From NCBI GenBank assembly GCA_000002445.1, contig CP000067.1:224001-288000 (forward strand): a DNA stretch of 64,000 bases, in the 5' to 3' direction. Every line of letters begins with the position of its first letter. The first letter of the stretch is position 1. The notes beneath the pieces were generated by a model that saw only the letters and a program-made list of their open reading frames with translations, had not been told where the DNA came from and searched no databases. Positions 42,401 through 51,689 of this stretch are shown one piece after another. The stretch is from Trypanosoma brucei. Taxonomy: Eukaryota. Position numbers and translations under genes: made by a program.

Positions 42401-43007
42401 AGGTCCAAAATTCACTAAGTTTCGATGTGCGCACGCAAAGTGGGATGAACTTCTCGTTAGTTCCGAGTGCAAAAGTTAGTTGAGGGTCATCGCATGGGTC
42501 ATTGCTCGAAAGATGCGAGTCGTATACAAAACAGGAAGAGTCTTGCGTCACCACAAGGATACGCTTCTTCGTCACAAGGGATATTGCGCAAATGGGACGG
42601 TTGCTAGGAAGCTGGACACTGTTGACAGTCGTACCTTCCGTGACGTTCCATACCTTCAAAACACCCGTTCGGTCGCCCGTAAAAAGTAACAACCCCTGAT
42701 GTGAGCACGAAGGCGACGTCGGATTCCACTGAACAGATGTTACCGGTGAAGCATGGCCATGTAATGTTTGCACCAACTGCATGCTGTTTATATCAATTAT
42801 AATCACTTCGCCAGAGCCCTCGCAATAGGAGCTCGTTGCCAACAAATCATGGCAACTTATCTGAGCTGCTTGATACGGCCATTTCTTTATGTCCTCAATA
42901 AGAGCGGCGGAAGCGCCACCCGAAGCCAACTTTCCAGGAATTAGTCTGGGACACAAAATGGCAGTCAACTGGCTCATATTTTGCTCTGCTTTCGGTGAGT
43001 TATACAA
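39441..43007 (-). CDS. WD40 beta-propeller plus helical C-terminal protein, WDR11-like.
   Basis: 1188 aa. N-terminal WD-repeat signatures (LHGHASPVTSVQWNP, LLFTGDRTGVLKVWNV and others). The C-terminal helical region SGKWGEGAVLAKLSPLPVKQQRDLICRWCSHLVRHGQV...VLVLLSES resembles the WDR11 C-terminus (GEWNRAAWLAKVRL...VLRRWVDHL...ALLVLLSLG). The similarity is recalled from memory, not searched. Confidence 0.5.
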   Translation of the reverse strand: MYNSPKAEQNMSQLTAILCPRLIPGKLASGGASAALIEDIKKWPYQAAQISCHDLLATSSYCEGSGEVIIIDINSMQLVQTLHGHASPVTSVQWNPTSPSCSHQGLLLFTGDRTGVLKVWNVTEGTTVNSVQLPSNRPICAISLVTKKRILVVTQDSSCFVYDSHLSSNDPCDDPQLTFALGTNEKFIPLCVRTSKLSEFWTSCVVLGDRIGMIYSQDQDRNGKSPRACVKNLVFESTDGFETVVDAVFSESQEGLLYFATRNSVGVYDCRANLLLDENVLRYSAGDGEFRRIFSSAPSTLTEDTQQLPLLYSYGSNQRLTAWYLLRVGKATSVSTDVRGARIASKVATNVIQSLSAPNVFAVIFSDGSVARWRYRVDCRRWVIDSYFSAALKKPTGFCVLGDNTLCCALEAGYLALVDVAHSNALRRINFVNTSNTHIILLAPHSSKECVWVVTNKAEQSKQHHQVTLFDCHSGVVLQVLREPKYSDATRMKNITQDATGTFLLLTFFGGTFEVWNITESRIIYSYEGTGVASASWAPQIFTPVLAGLKGAPELLLIVFSDGSMSFWTVSWDQVVPNRDAVPRFPNGSSTRVLCTPTRDASVVVDGSGAVTVVGVGTSGLHVRSLKDIPAAKTAIALAVSKGGGGSDNKGEPSDAGNWSEEYLAVVFSDGSFGVWSISSQERMGYSKNTDINLKARGATWLGDALLLLTLTGNIVVVDKLLTSINSSVFSKALRRPLQNSAFFVPEHRMYIQTVLETQVACSAVPSEVRPSSDICPSCLIRGINPERFPCRGPFGQVITAAISSLTRELDLYRKTMVPRYIYEGIQHAFTQSRTDEIALWVARFFGQQERQRLWMQFCLRRGLNCSGAEAGGDGGQQSKSVERWKGGPEVGPPVPYYCADRFSEVSAASEVVYNNHVYMNERRAEALEASKGKEIDVFSQRFLTARELLKLQQPQKAIDVLMDVSHEDNRFPHLSDFAVAISASVAALSGPASELLTLTTSRVASLLRARGDLDSAVDKYMLSGHFYEAVKALQLSGKWGEGAVLAKLSPLPVKQQRDLICRWCSHLVRHGQVMEAAVMLASQALPFQVLVLLSESSQFEDIAGLLAMVLLEDPSFNTRESLQEPIVLPVAEDDSSDALTLGEVLLNVLVDYANMLNTVGNVVSAKAVLEYVTSLKGRNRGITSTST

Positions 43008-43243
43008 AAATGTGTGTACAGGGGTGTATTACACGGGGGACCAGCCTTCTCTACCCTATACAACATTAAGTGAATTAGCGGATTGCAAAAAAAAGGACCA
43101 AAACCAAAAACCGAGGACAGAGAAAAAAAGTTAGCGGGACAACTAAGGAAAGGTAAGAAGCAAAATAAAATGGCAGTGGAACACCTCCAGTTATTGGTAT
43201 TCAACCAGATCGCCAAATAACGCGTGTTACCTTTACTCGCTTA

Positions 43244-43912
43244 TTAGAGGGGATTTAGTCCTCGAATCCGGTCCAGTAGCACGGCTGCAGAATGAGCACC
43301 TTCCGATAGCGTCACTACGCCGCAAAGGGCCGTCGCTGCGGCCATGCACACCTCCTCTGGGGGCTCCCCTCGCTCCTTCCAACCGGCTCCCTCAAACATC
43401 GTCCCATCGAACAAAACCAAATCGATCACACCAAGTTTTCGAGGAACGTTTGCAATCTCTTCTGACCCCAAATAACCCTTCAAGTTGTGTGCATCAGCCA
43501 CCTGCTTTAGTAAGCGAAGTGTGGATGAGCCAGTTAAGGTGAGTTCAATAGGCATGGCCACGGCAGCACGCACCGAACGTGAACGGACGTAACTGGGATG
43601 TATAAGTGCACAGCGGAAAAGGTCGTTTTCAACTATTTTCTCCCTTGGAACAACCCCCTCCAGTGACTTTTGCAGGCTCGTCGTTGAACTTTCGACCCAC
43701 CCCTCGGGAAGGCTCAAGTTGGCCTCAAGGAATTTGGCCCTTGGAGTGGCAAGCAACTTACTTCCCTCTTCCACCCTCGTAACGGTTGCACCCTCGGACG
43801 TGGACATCCGCGCCTGGGGAAGCTCCCGCGCGCAATCCCTAAGAAGTTTCAAATAGTGCTGCCGATTCCTCGTAGCACCCGCTGCCACGTTGACGACACG
43901 GCGGCTTGTCAT
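43244..43912 (-). CDS. Hypothetical protein, possibly mitochondrial.
   Basis: Start trimmed to MTSRRVVNVAAGATRNRQHY (ATG at 43910-43912; basic presequence-like). The longest ORF to 44203 adds a Phe-rich low-complexity extension. Very weak RNase III-like hints (ALIHPSY, IELTLTG); not enough for a call. Confidence 0.4.
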   Translation of the reverse strand: MTSRRVVNVAAGATRNRQHYLKLLRDCARELPQARMSTSEGATVTRVEEGSKLLATPRAKFLEANLSLPEGWVESSTTSLQKSLEGVVPREKIVENDLFRCALIHPSYVRSRSVRAAVAMPIELTLTGSSTLRLLKQVADAHNLKGYLGSEEIANVPRKLGVIDLVLFDGTMFEGAGWKERGEPPEEVCMAAATALCGVVTLSEGAHSAAVLLDRIRGLNPL

Positions 43913-44583
43913 AAATAGCCACGCGTAGGGCAGCGCCCCCGTACTCCCTCGTGGTCGAAATGAAAGAGGAGGCGCAGTGCCTCTCGGGTGACGCAGGCGA
44001 ACGAAAAAGAAAAACAAGACGGAAGAGTGACGAAAGGAGCGTACATAAACACATATTTCCCGAGAGGGAAAAGGCCAAATGAAGCAACACCACATATGGG
44101 TATGTGATGAAAGAGCGACAAGACATATGGCGGAGTGCGGTATGCTGCCACACAAAGGAACGTGGAAAAGGAAAACGATGAAAAAAAAAATCCCACGAAG
44201 CATTCAAATCAGCTCAGTAGAGAGGGGGGCACCACCAATGCAGAAGGAGTGAAAGAAAAAACAACGACCCCACCCACATATATGCATCCCCGTATTTCCC
44301 ACAGCATATACACCTGCAATGCCACTCCCTCTCTTCAACCCTGAGATATGGAAATAAACAAAACCCCGTGACGCAGCAGCGACGTACCCGCGCAGCGTCA
44401 GGGCCCAGAAAGAGGAGAGAGTAGTGGCACGCCTTTATATCGAGAAACGATGGGACTAAAACAGAGAATTAAAGTATGAAGAGAAAACGTTAGGTGCCGG
44501 CTACACGGTGGAGAAATTGAGGACAAAAAAATGTCTGAGTAGCGGGAAAAAAAAAAAACGTACCAGAACCACCAACGCCGCCA

Positions 44584-45702
44584 TCAGTAAAATAACTTGC
44601 GGTACAACACCGAATCTCCCTCCTCCTCCATATCGGCACGTGTAATCCAAAGGGATGCAAAGGAGGAGCTATCTGTCGCCAAAGATGCGCCCACCCAGGC
44701 TCCGTCTACGGCACGAGACAAGTGGAAACCGCCCTCTTTTTCGTAACGAAAGTAACACGAATCCCTTTGCTGAACCTCTGTTAGCAACCGCTCACGGAAA
44801 CCGGGGGCCTGCGCCGTTCCACCACAAAGTGTGTGCGAAACGAACTGCAGTTGCCACTCGGGATCTAAACGCTGCTTGCAGCCCACAACAAGGTCCCCCA
44901 GTGAGCTCCCGAAACCACCAACCGAACGAAACAAAACCTCATATGCCTCCACTCGCGCCCGTCCTTCAACGGTAATGGCGCTCCCATCCGGGGCTCGTAA
45001 CACTAATGACCCTTCTTCCTTGTTACTTTCAGAAGCATCGGTACGAACGGTACATGCCAGTCGTTTAATGTCCCCAACCAAATCATCCATTGCTAATGCC
45101 CGCACGGTAGGAGTCTTGAATCGCGCCACACCTTCTAGTGCTTGTAACTGCTCACTGTCCAACATACCCTTGAGCACCTCCGTGACAACTTTGCCGGCAA
45201 CATCACTCGAAGCCACCGTTCCCCGCAGGGCGTAGCCGTCCAACACCGCAGCGGCGGTGGCGTGACTGTGCCCGACGTCCAACACGACGGTGGAACACTT
45301 CCCCGAGCTCAGTGCCCATGCAACACTTGGTCGTAGGCAATACAGAGCCGTTGCCACACCTGACTCCAATACGGAATGAAATAGCGCCCGCATCACGTCG
45401 AACCGCTCGTGCCACACCTCCGGGACCACGAGGGTGAGGGTTTCCTCCTTTAGGCAATGCAGCTCATCCCCAATAATGCGTGACAGGTAATCCATATTAG
45501 AGTCCCGCTGAGCATCCAAAGACTGTAATGTCCACATGGATGACACGCTCTCTGATCCTGCCCCATCCGCTGCCATTAGCACAGAGGGAAAACTTGTTTC
45601 AGCAGGCGGTTCCAACAAGTGAAGAGACGGAAACTGGCGCGCGCATCTTGTGTCACCAACATAACCAGCCCGCACATTCCATCCAATCTCCACTACTGCC
45701 AT
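44584..45702 (-). CDS. Actin-related protein (divergent ARP).
   Basis: Start trimmed to MAVVEIGWNVRAGYVGD (ATG at 45700-45702). Actin-fold motifs: VVEIGWNVRAGYVGD (phosphate-1 region), LDVGHSHATAAAVLDGYAL, LCGGTAQAPGFRERL. The longest ORF to 45765 runs through the (CA)n tract and encodes CVCVFVC. Confidence 0.65.
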   Translation of the reverse strand: MAVVEIGWNVRAGYVGDTRCARQFPSLHLLEPPAETSFPSVLMAADGAGSESVSSMWTLQSLDAQRDSNMDYLSRIIGDELHCLKEETLTLVVPEVWHERFDVMRALFHSVLESGVATALYCLRPSVAWALSSGKCSTVVLDVGHSHATAAAVLDGYALRGTVASSDVAGKVVTEVLKGMLDSEQLQALEGVARFKTPTVRALAMDDLVGDIKRLACTVRTDASESNKEEGSLVLRAPDGSAITVEGRARVEAYEVLFRSVGGFGSSLGDLVVGCKQRLDPEWQLQFVSHTLCGGTAQAPGFRERLLTEVQQRDSCYFRYEKEGGFHLSRAVDGAWVGASLATDSSSFASLWITRADMEEEGDSVLYRKLFY

Positions 45703-45712
45703 ACCAACACTG

Positions 45713-45737
45713 CACACAAACACACACACACACACAC
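45713..45737. repeat. (CA)n microsatellite.
   Basis: cacacaaacacacacacacacacac, immediately upstream of the ARP start codon. Confidence 0.85.
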
Positions 45738-46245
45738 GAACAGACGTGACTGACGCCCCTGCCACTAACTCTTACTTTAGTATCTGTTATTATCCCCTTT
45801 AGATTATTAACCACCACCCCCACCCCCCCCCACCAGCTGCTTTGAGTAATATTTCTCGTGAATTCGTATGGCACGGTGACTCGTCACCGTGGAGTTGCTG
45901 CTTTCGTGTTTCACAACATTTCCAGTGTTAGTAAACGGCGTCAGTAAGTGGGACAACACCACAAAGGTCGTGTGAAGTTTTGATGCGAACAAGCAGCGAC
46001 AAAAAAAAAAAGAAAAATGAAAAACAGTGAGAAGAACGGTTATAAGCATCCAAAGAAAGAAAACGATCCATAACTAACAGAACGAAGTACCGTGTCAAAC
46101 GTGAGCGGTAACAAAGCTACCGCCATAATTAAAAAAAACACCAAAAATTGTGCGGGACTTCCATGTGAGGCACCTTAGGAAAACCACCGACAGCGCGTCA
46201 TTCCCCCTTTTCTCACCTCGCACCGCCCAGAAATAAACGTTGCGG

Positions 46246-47298
46246 TCAAACAAACGATTTTCGAACGGCTGCGCACAACCCGGCGTCTCTTCCTCTCCGT
46301 GCCAACTCCTCTGCTGCCAGTCTCGTTGGCATTCGGAAAGTTAATTGCTTTACTGTGTCCGGCACGTATGTCTCCTTCACGAAAAGTGTGGTGGCGAGGG
46401 CGCGGGCCCGCACCTCCTCCTCTGCGTTTTTAGCTGCCACACAAACCTCCCACACATCACTAGGCAGCAGCTGCGTTGTAATCGACTGCTCCCGACCAAC
46501 AGAAACACCACAGGAACCCGTAGAGTCCATTTGTATAGAAGAGGACACACAACCGCTAGTAGATGTAGGGGACTTGTGGAGTACTGATGGCGATACACGG
46601 GTACGTTTCACTTGGCAACGATGTAACATGCCGTCAGTATCGTGCATGAATAACTTACACTGCACACACTGCATGCAGGGAACGTGATAGCGTTCGTCTT
46701 GGTACACTTCACTTGCGCAGTGTGCGCAAAGATCCATACCGCATTCGCTACAGTTATAAAGGTAAGTTTCATCCACCGGTTCCGCCTCCGCAGGCAGAAG
46801 GCCCTCCGGGGGGAGTTTCTTTAACCTATGAGGCTTGGCGCGCACCTCCTTGTTTTTACACCAATGGGTCACCCCACAGAAATCGCACGTCACCTCCTCT
46901 GCACCACTGTAATCAGAGATTCTCTTGATGCATAATTCATGGCCATTCCAACAACGCCACAACTTCTCCACTGGATCATACAGTGGACTACCGCTCTGCA
47001 AGAGGTACGCCATAGTCGCCACGGTATTTGTTGTCATTTCCATCTTAACGGATGAATTCATGTCCTTCCCGATGCTTTCAGTTCGCTTCCGTTTTGCGGG
47101 TGCGCGTCGCAGTGGAGACTTCACATCCGAAATATCCCATACTGCGGAATGATCCTGCAATGCCATCGCCACGAAGGGCGAAATATCACTCGGAGCGAAG
47201 GGACATTTTCTTCCCAGGGTGGTTTCCGCCATATCTCCATCATTCTTATTTGCTTGACTCTTTTCCCTCATTGCGTACATTTCAGCAGCGGTGTCCAT
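46246..47298 (-). CDS. Cys-rich protein with ZZ-type zinc finger.
   Basis: 350 aa. CWNGHEL...CDFCGVTHWC...YNCSECGMDLCAHCASEVY matches the ZZ-finger arrangement. A further CMQCVQC cluster. Basic C-terminus. Confidence 0.5.
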   Translation of the reverse strand: MDTAAEMYAMREKSQANKNDGDMAETTLGRKCPFAPSDISPFVAMALQDHSAVWDISDVKSPLRRAPAKRKRTESIGKDMNSSVKMEMTTNTVATMAYLLQSGSPLYDPVEKLWRCWNGHELCIKRISDYSGAEEVTCDFCGVTHWCKNKEVRAKPHRLKKLPPEGLLPAEAEPVDETYLYNCSECGMDLCAHCASEVYQDERYHVPCMQCVQCKLFMHDTDGMLHRCQVKRTRVSPSVLHKSPTSTSGCVSSSIQMDSTGSCGVSVGREQSITTQLLPSDVWEVCVAAKNAEEEVRARALATTLFVKETYVPDTVKQLTFRMPTRLAAEELARRGRDAGLCAAVRKSFV

Positions 47299-47420
47299 CC
47301 CCTTAAATATTCAAGTGCCCCTTTTCCTCGCCTCGCGTCCACCACGCCTCAGGGAGCACTTAAAGAGAAAATTAAAACGAAAGAAAAAAAAAAAGGGAAA
47401 ACGGTGCGCCAATATAATTG
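47299..47420 (-). promoter_or_regulatory. Predicted polypyrimidine tract / splice-acceptor region for the ZZ-finger gene.
   Basis: The plus strand is purine-rich (aaagagaaaattaaaacgaaagaaaaaaaaaaagggaaaa), so the minus strand carries a long U/C tract immediately upstream of the ATG at 47298. Confidence 0.35.
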
Positions 47421-47967
47421 GTACTCAAAAAAAAAAAGAAATGTGGTGTACAGACATATGTTTATATACACACATACATGCATTTATTTTGAAATAAAAA
47501 GAATGAAAAGATTAGAAAGGATTAGAAAAGAGAAAGGAGTAAGGTAAAGAAAAATAAAAATAAAAATAGAGAAGAGAAGACAGAAAAGACAGAAAAAAAC
47601 CCTGTGACTTATAACAAAGTACGTTCGTTAACCTCAGTAATGCACTAGGGTTCCATTTCTAGTAGTTTTTTTTTCCTTTTTTTTTTTGCTTTCCTCCTAA
47701 TTTCATTTTACTCTGACATGTAGTCGTTTCACTGTCCTCCCCCCTCCCCTCCCACATACCTTTTCCTTTCTTTCTTTTTTTTTTCCTCCCTCCCCCCTTT
47801 CCCTTCAGTTGCTCAGCGCATCTAAACAATACCACACACAGACACATAGCTTTAGTTTCTCCACACATTTACACAATTGTTTGCGCCATTGAAGGCTCTT
47901 TCATGCATCTGCATTAATGTTGCGAACACCCCCACAACGTGGGAACAAAATAACGGATGGAAGTGGT

Positions 47968-48002
47968 AATAATAATAATTATTATTATTATTATTATTAT
48001 TT
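47968..48002. repeat. (AAT)4 followed by (ATT)8: an AT-only inverted microsatellite palindrome.
   Basis: taataataataattattattattattattattatt is read directly. The left half is the reverse complement of the right half. Confidence 0.85.
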
Positions 48003-48544
48003 AAAAAGAAAAGAAAGCAGTGAGGGAAGTGACAGCCGAGTGAGTGGCAATGGCGTGGCCGGTAGGCAAAACAATTTTGAGTTTCGGAATCTCCACCACT
48101 CGATTGTGTTGTCACCATTTCCTTCCAAAGTAAAAATTAAACAAAAAAGTGTTGTTGTTTTTTTTTTCTTCCATCATTCCGCCATTTCGATAGGGGGAGT
48201 CACAGACACACAAGAGCCGGCAATATGGCATTTGTTTTGTGGTGGTTATTGTGGTTGTTGTTTACTGCCTCCACATGTGTGGCAGTAAAGGAAAAAAAAG
48301 GGAAAAAGAAGAAGAAAGAAGAAGGAAGAAGGAATAAGGAATAAGGAAGGAAAAGAAAAAAGAAAAAAGAAAAAAAAACATCCTCACTTTTCCTCCACAC
48401 GAAAGCAAAACTGGCAATCCACGAGAAAACATGAGCCTCACATCTGAAAGATGTGAGTTCAAATAAAACAATTGCGCTTGCAACAAAACCCCGAACCAGC
48501 GGGGTTTCGTTACAAATGCGCATTGAAAAGGTATGGCAAAACGA

Positions 48545-48580
48545 AAAAAGAAAAGAAAAGAAAAGAAAAGAAAAGAGAAA
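48545..48580. repeat. (GAAAA)n microsatellite.
   Basis: gaaaaaagaaaagaaaagaaaagaaaagaaaagagaaaag. Confidence 0.85.
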
Positions 48581-50999
48581 AGATATGGACTGAAATGAGT
48601 TGACACACGGATGACTAGGGATGATAAATAAACAACTGCAACGGTTTTGATAAAACGACACGTGTTCTTTATGGACTTTTTTTTCTTTTCTTGCTTTTTT
48701 TGAAAGTTTGCCACTTATCGTTGGTTGTTGTTTCTTCATTTATTTATTCTTTTTTTTTTCCTCTCTTGGTTGTCCCGTCTTTCCGCACATCACATCTTGT
48801 TGTTCATTCCGCCACATCTCCACACACTCCTTTTGTTTTCCCTGAGTTATTGTTGTTGCTGTTGTTGTTGCTATATTATTATTGTTGTTATTACTATTAT
48901 TTCACATTTTTTTTCTTTTTAAACTACTTCCGTTTTCTTACGATTTCTTGGCTTTTTATTTTATTACATTTTATTTCATTTCATTTTTACCTCTTTTGTA
49001 CACTCTACCACACCTTTTCTTTTCTTTCCTTTTGTACTCTCACAATATCACCTCTACTTATTCCTTTCTTCAAACCACGGCAGAGGAAAACATGACACGA
49101 CAAATAATGAAATAAAATTAAGTTAACGATATAATTATATGAAGAAAAAAAAAAGAAAAAAAATGACGAGTTGACGCTGTGAAAAATCTACGAGGGAATG
49201 TCAAACAGCCGCTAAACTCAGTCCTCTCATTTGCCTGACGGGGAAACAAAAATGTGACGTGCATGAAAAAAAAAAAACAAAAAAAAAAGAAAATGAAAAT
49301 GAAAATGAAAAAGTGAAAACAAATGTTGGTAAAATAAATCATCGGACCCCGTCTTCATTTTAATTATCTTTATTATTATTATTGTTTTTTTTTACCGCTG
49401 CTGTTATTGTTATCAATAAGAAAAAGCACGCCGTGGTGATAAAAAAGAAAAAAAAGTGAGAGTAGAAGTAGAAAAAAAAAAAAATAAAACAACAACAACG
49501 TCAACAACAACAACAAAAAGAGGGAGAGGAGGTTTGATCAGCTGGCGGAAGAAAAAGTTGGGATCAAATTAAGATAACTTTCAAAAAAGAAAAAAAAAGA
49601 GAGAGGGGGAAAGGAAGGAAGGGAAATAAATAAATAAATGAGGGAGAGAAAGGGGGAAAAAAAAAAGAGAGAAAAGAGAAAAGGGAAGGAGAAGGAGAAG
49701 GGAAGGAAAAAGAAAAGAAAAGAAACTCCCATTCCCATTTACTTCACTTCATCACTGGCTTACTCACTTTACATGTGCGGTAATGTAAATATAAATACAT
49801 GTATAGACACATAAAGGAGTGCGGATACCCATACGGATATTCATACAGAAATAATATAAAGATAAACAAGATCGGTACATTGGTCTCATTCATCCACTTA
49901 CTCAATTTATTTATTTATTTGACTTTTGGTGACAACTGCGCGTTCATGGAGAAGAGGAAATCATGCAGTTTGAAGTGATGGAATTTTTTAAAAAAAAAAG
50001 CGGAGGTGCGTCCCATTTGACAAAAACATAACTCCTCACATTTTTTTTTTAAAAATGCTATTATTCTGTGGAGTTTTCTCCACCGAGGCCGAAGGATTAT
50101 TGATCATGGAAGAATTTGAAGAAATGGTGCACAATAATAATAATAAGTGATGGAAATGATGAAAAGGTGGGAAAACTTTAGAAAGAGGGCAGACAAATCC
50201 ACCACAAAGTGCAGCACCCTTCCGTAAACAATTTTTTTAAAAAGAAAACGTTCATGATTTCTCCTCCACTCGATCACTCACTCTTTCCTTCATTCTTTCA
50301 TTCATTCATTAACTGACAGAAGGGGAAAAGAAGAAAGAAGGTTAATAAATAAATAAATAAAAAGATGAATGGCCCGAGAGAAACACGCACATACGCGCGT
50401 CACGCAATCCACTGCGCAAACACATTCTGTTTTATATTAGCCAGGAGGAGATAAACAAAGGGGGAAAAGGGAGGGGCAAACAAACAAATAAAAACATAAA
50501 ATAGCATTAAAAGGGAAAAGCCGCAAAAAAAAAAAAAGCAAACGAAAACAAGGAGAAAAGAAAAAAGCCAGTTGCTTGAAGCATATCAAGAAAAACAGAG
50601 GCACGGGGAAGAAAAATAAGTGAATTTTGAAAAGTAATTATTTTTTTTTTGAAGGGAAATTTGCCTCACTGAAGTGCGGCAACAAACGCAGGCACGACAT
50701 GCGCATGTAAATATATATATTAAAATATGCGCCCCCGTGCCTGTTAAGGGGAGAGGAGGAAACACTCAAGGGAAAAAAGAGAAAGGGAAAATATGTGCCG
50801 CACTGACGTATATACTTCTGAAACATCACATACACAGGGACACATACACAGACACAAACACACACAAAAAAAAAAAAAACTGCCTCAAGGTTAATAAAAC
50901 TGGCTGAAAGGGAAAGAGAAGGGGAGGGGAAAAAAAAAAAATGGCGGCGGCCGCGGTTACGGCAAGGGGGAAAAAAATAGTAAATAAAAATGGGGTGCC

Positions 51000-51689
51000 C
51001 TACAGCTCCTGAGATCTTTCAGATGATTTTTTCAGCGACCTCACGGGCGGAAGAAACCCCTCGTCATCGCAAACAGCCCCACGGCGAGCTTCCAGCGGTG
51101 GTCGGACACCACTTCGCAGGCTCGCGTTGGATAACCGCTTCCCCGGCAGATCCACCAGAGACGAGGACATTTGCAGAGACTCGCAGCTTTCCTTTGATGA
51201 GTGGTATGTGCAATCGGAGCCGATGGATGAGCTCCGTGGGGATGGCGAAGACGCTTGATCCTGCCGCATGGCTTCGAATATGTAATTGAAATGTGGATGC
51301 GCATGACCCATCAACTGTTTCGTGGAATCCCCCTGTGGTGTTACAGGCGAATGGGGTTGCTCAGTAGGAGAAGGTATATGCTTCAATTTGTATTGACGAA
51401 ATGACAATTCCCCAAGTCGCATGAACACCAAGTGATTAAGCGCTCCCTCCTTCACAGCAGACTCATGAACCCGAAGCCGCTTATCCTTATACCCTTCCAG
51501 CGGGGCAAAAAACCAATTAACATAACCCTCAGGCTGCAACTCACCCACAAAACAATACCTTCTGTAGGAAAATGTACCCCCGAAATCCAACATGGGTGAG
51601 TAGCTGACCTTCGACAGAACCATGGGGACGCCGTCAACATTCATTTCCATAGGGAGCTCCATCATGACCGGACTGATGCGTAAAAGCAC
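51000..51689 (-). CDS. Hypothetical protein.
   Basis: 229-aa ORF with good coding-like composition. Ser-rich C-terminal half. No family recognised. The start could be a downstream Met (MMELPMEM). Confidence 0.4.
   Translation of the reverse strand: MLLRISPVMMELPMEMNVDGVPMVLSKVSYSPMLDFGGTFSYRRYCFVGELQPEGYVNWFFAPLEGYKDKRLRVHESAVKEGALNHLVFMRLGELSFRQYKLKHIPSPTEQPHSPVTPQGDSTKQLMGHAHPHFNYIFEAMRQDQASSPSPRSSSIGSDCTYHSSKESCESLQMSSSLVDLPGKRLSNASLRSGVRPPLEARRGAVCDDEGFLPPVRSLKKSSERSQEL

Larger units (their letters stand above)
47299..50999. repeat. 3.7-kb gene-free, low-complexity, microsatellite-rich tract with alternating purine/pyrimidine strand bias.
   Basis: No coding-like ORF on either strand. 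Contains (AAT)n/(ATT)n, (GAAAA)n, (TTG)n, (CAA)n, (AAAT)n, poly-A/T, and blocks of GA-rich and CT-rich sequence that switch strand several times. Confidence 0.8.

Noticed and set aside
43244-43912. An RNase III-like assignment for the 222-aa product.
   Set aside because: Only two weak motif resemblances (ALIHPSY, IELTLTG). No ERLEFLGD-type catalytic signature. Left as hypothetical.
47917-49095. Plus-strand ORFs (123 aa and 134 aa) inside the gene desert.
   Set aside because: They translate microsatellites (NNNNYYYYYYY, LLLLLLYYYCCYYYY, FFFF runs) and are not coding-like.
47299-50999. The gene desert as a retroposon (ingi/RIME/SIDER-like) remnant.
   Set aside because: There are no recognisable ORF remnants, target-site duplications or terminal poly(A)-flanked element structure. 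The composition is simple-sequence rather than degenerate coding. This cannot be excluded without a repeat-library search.
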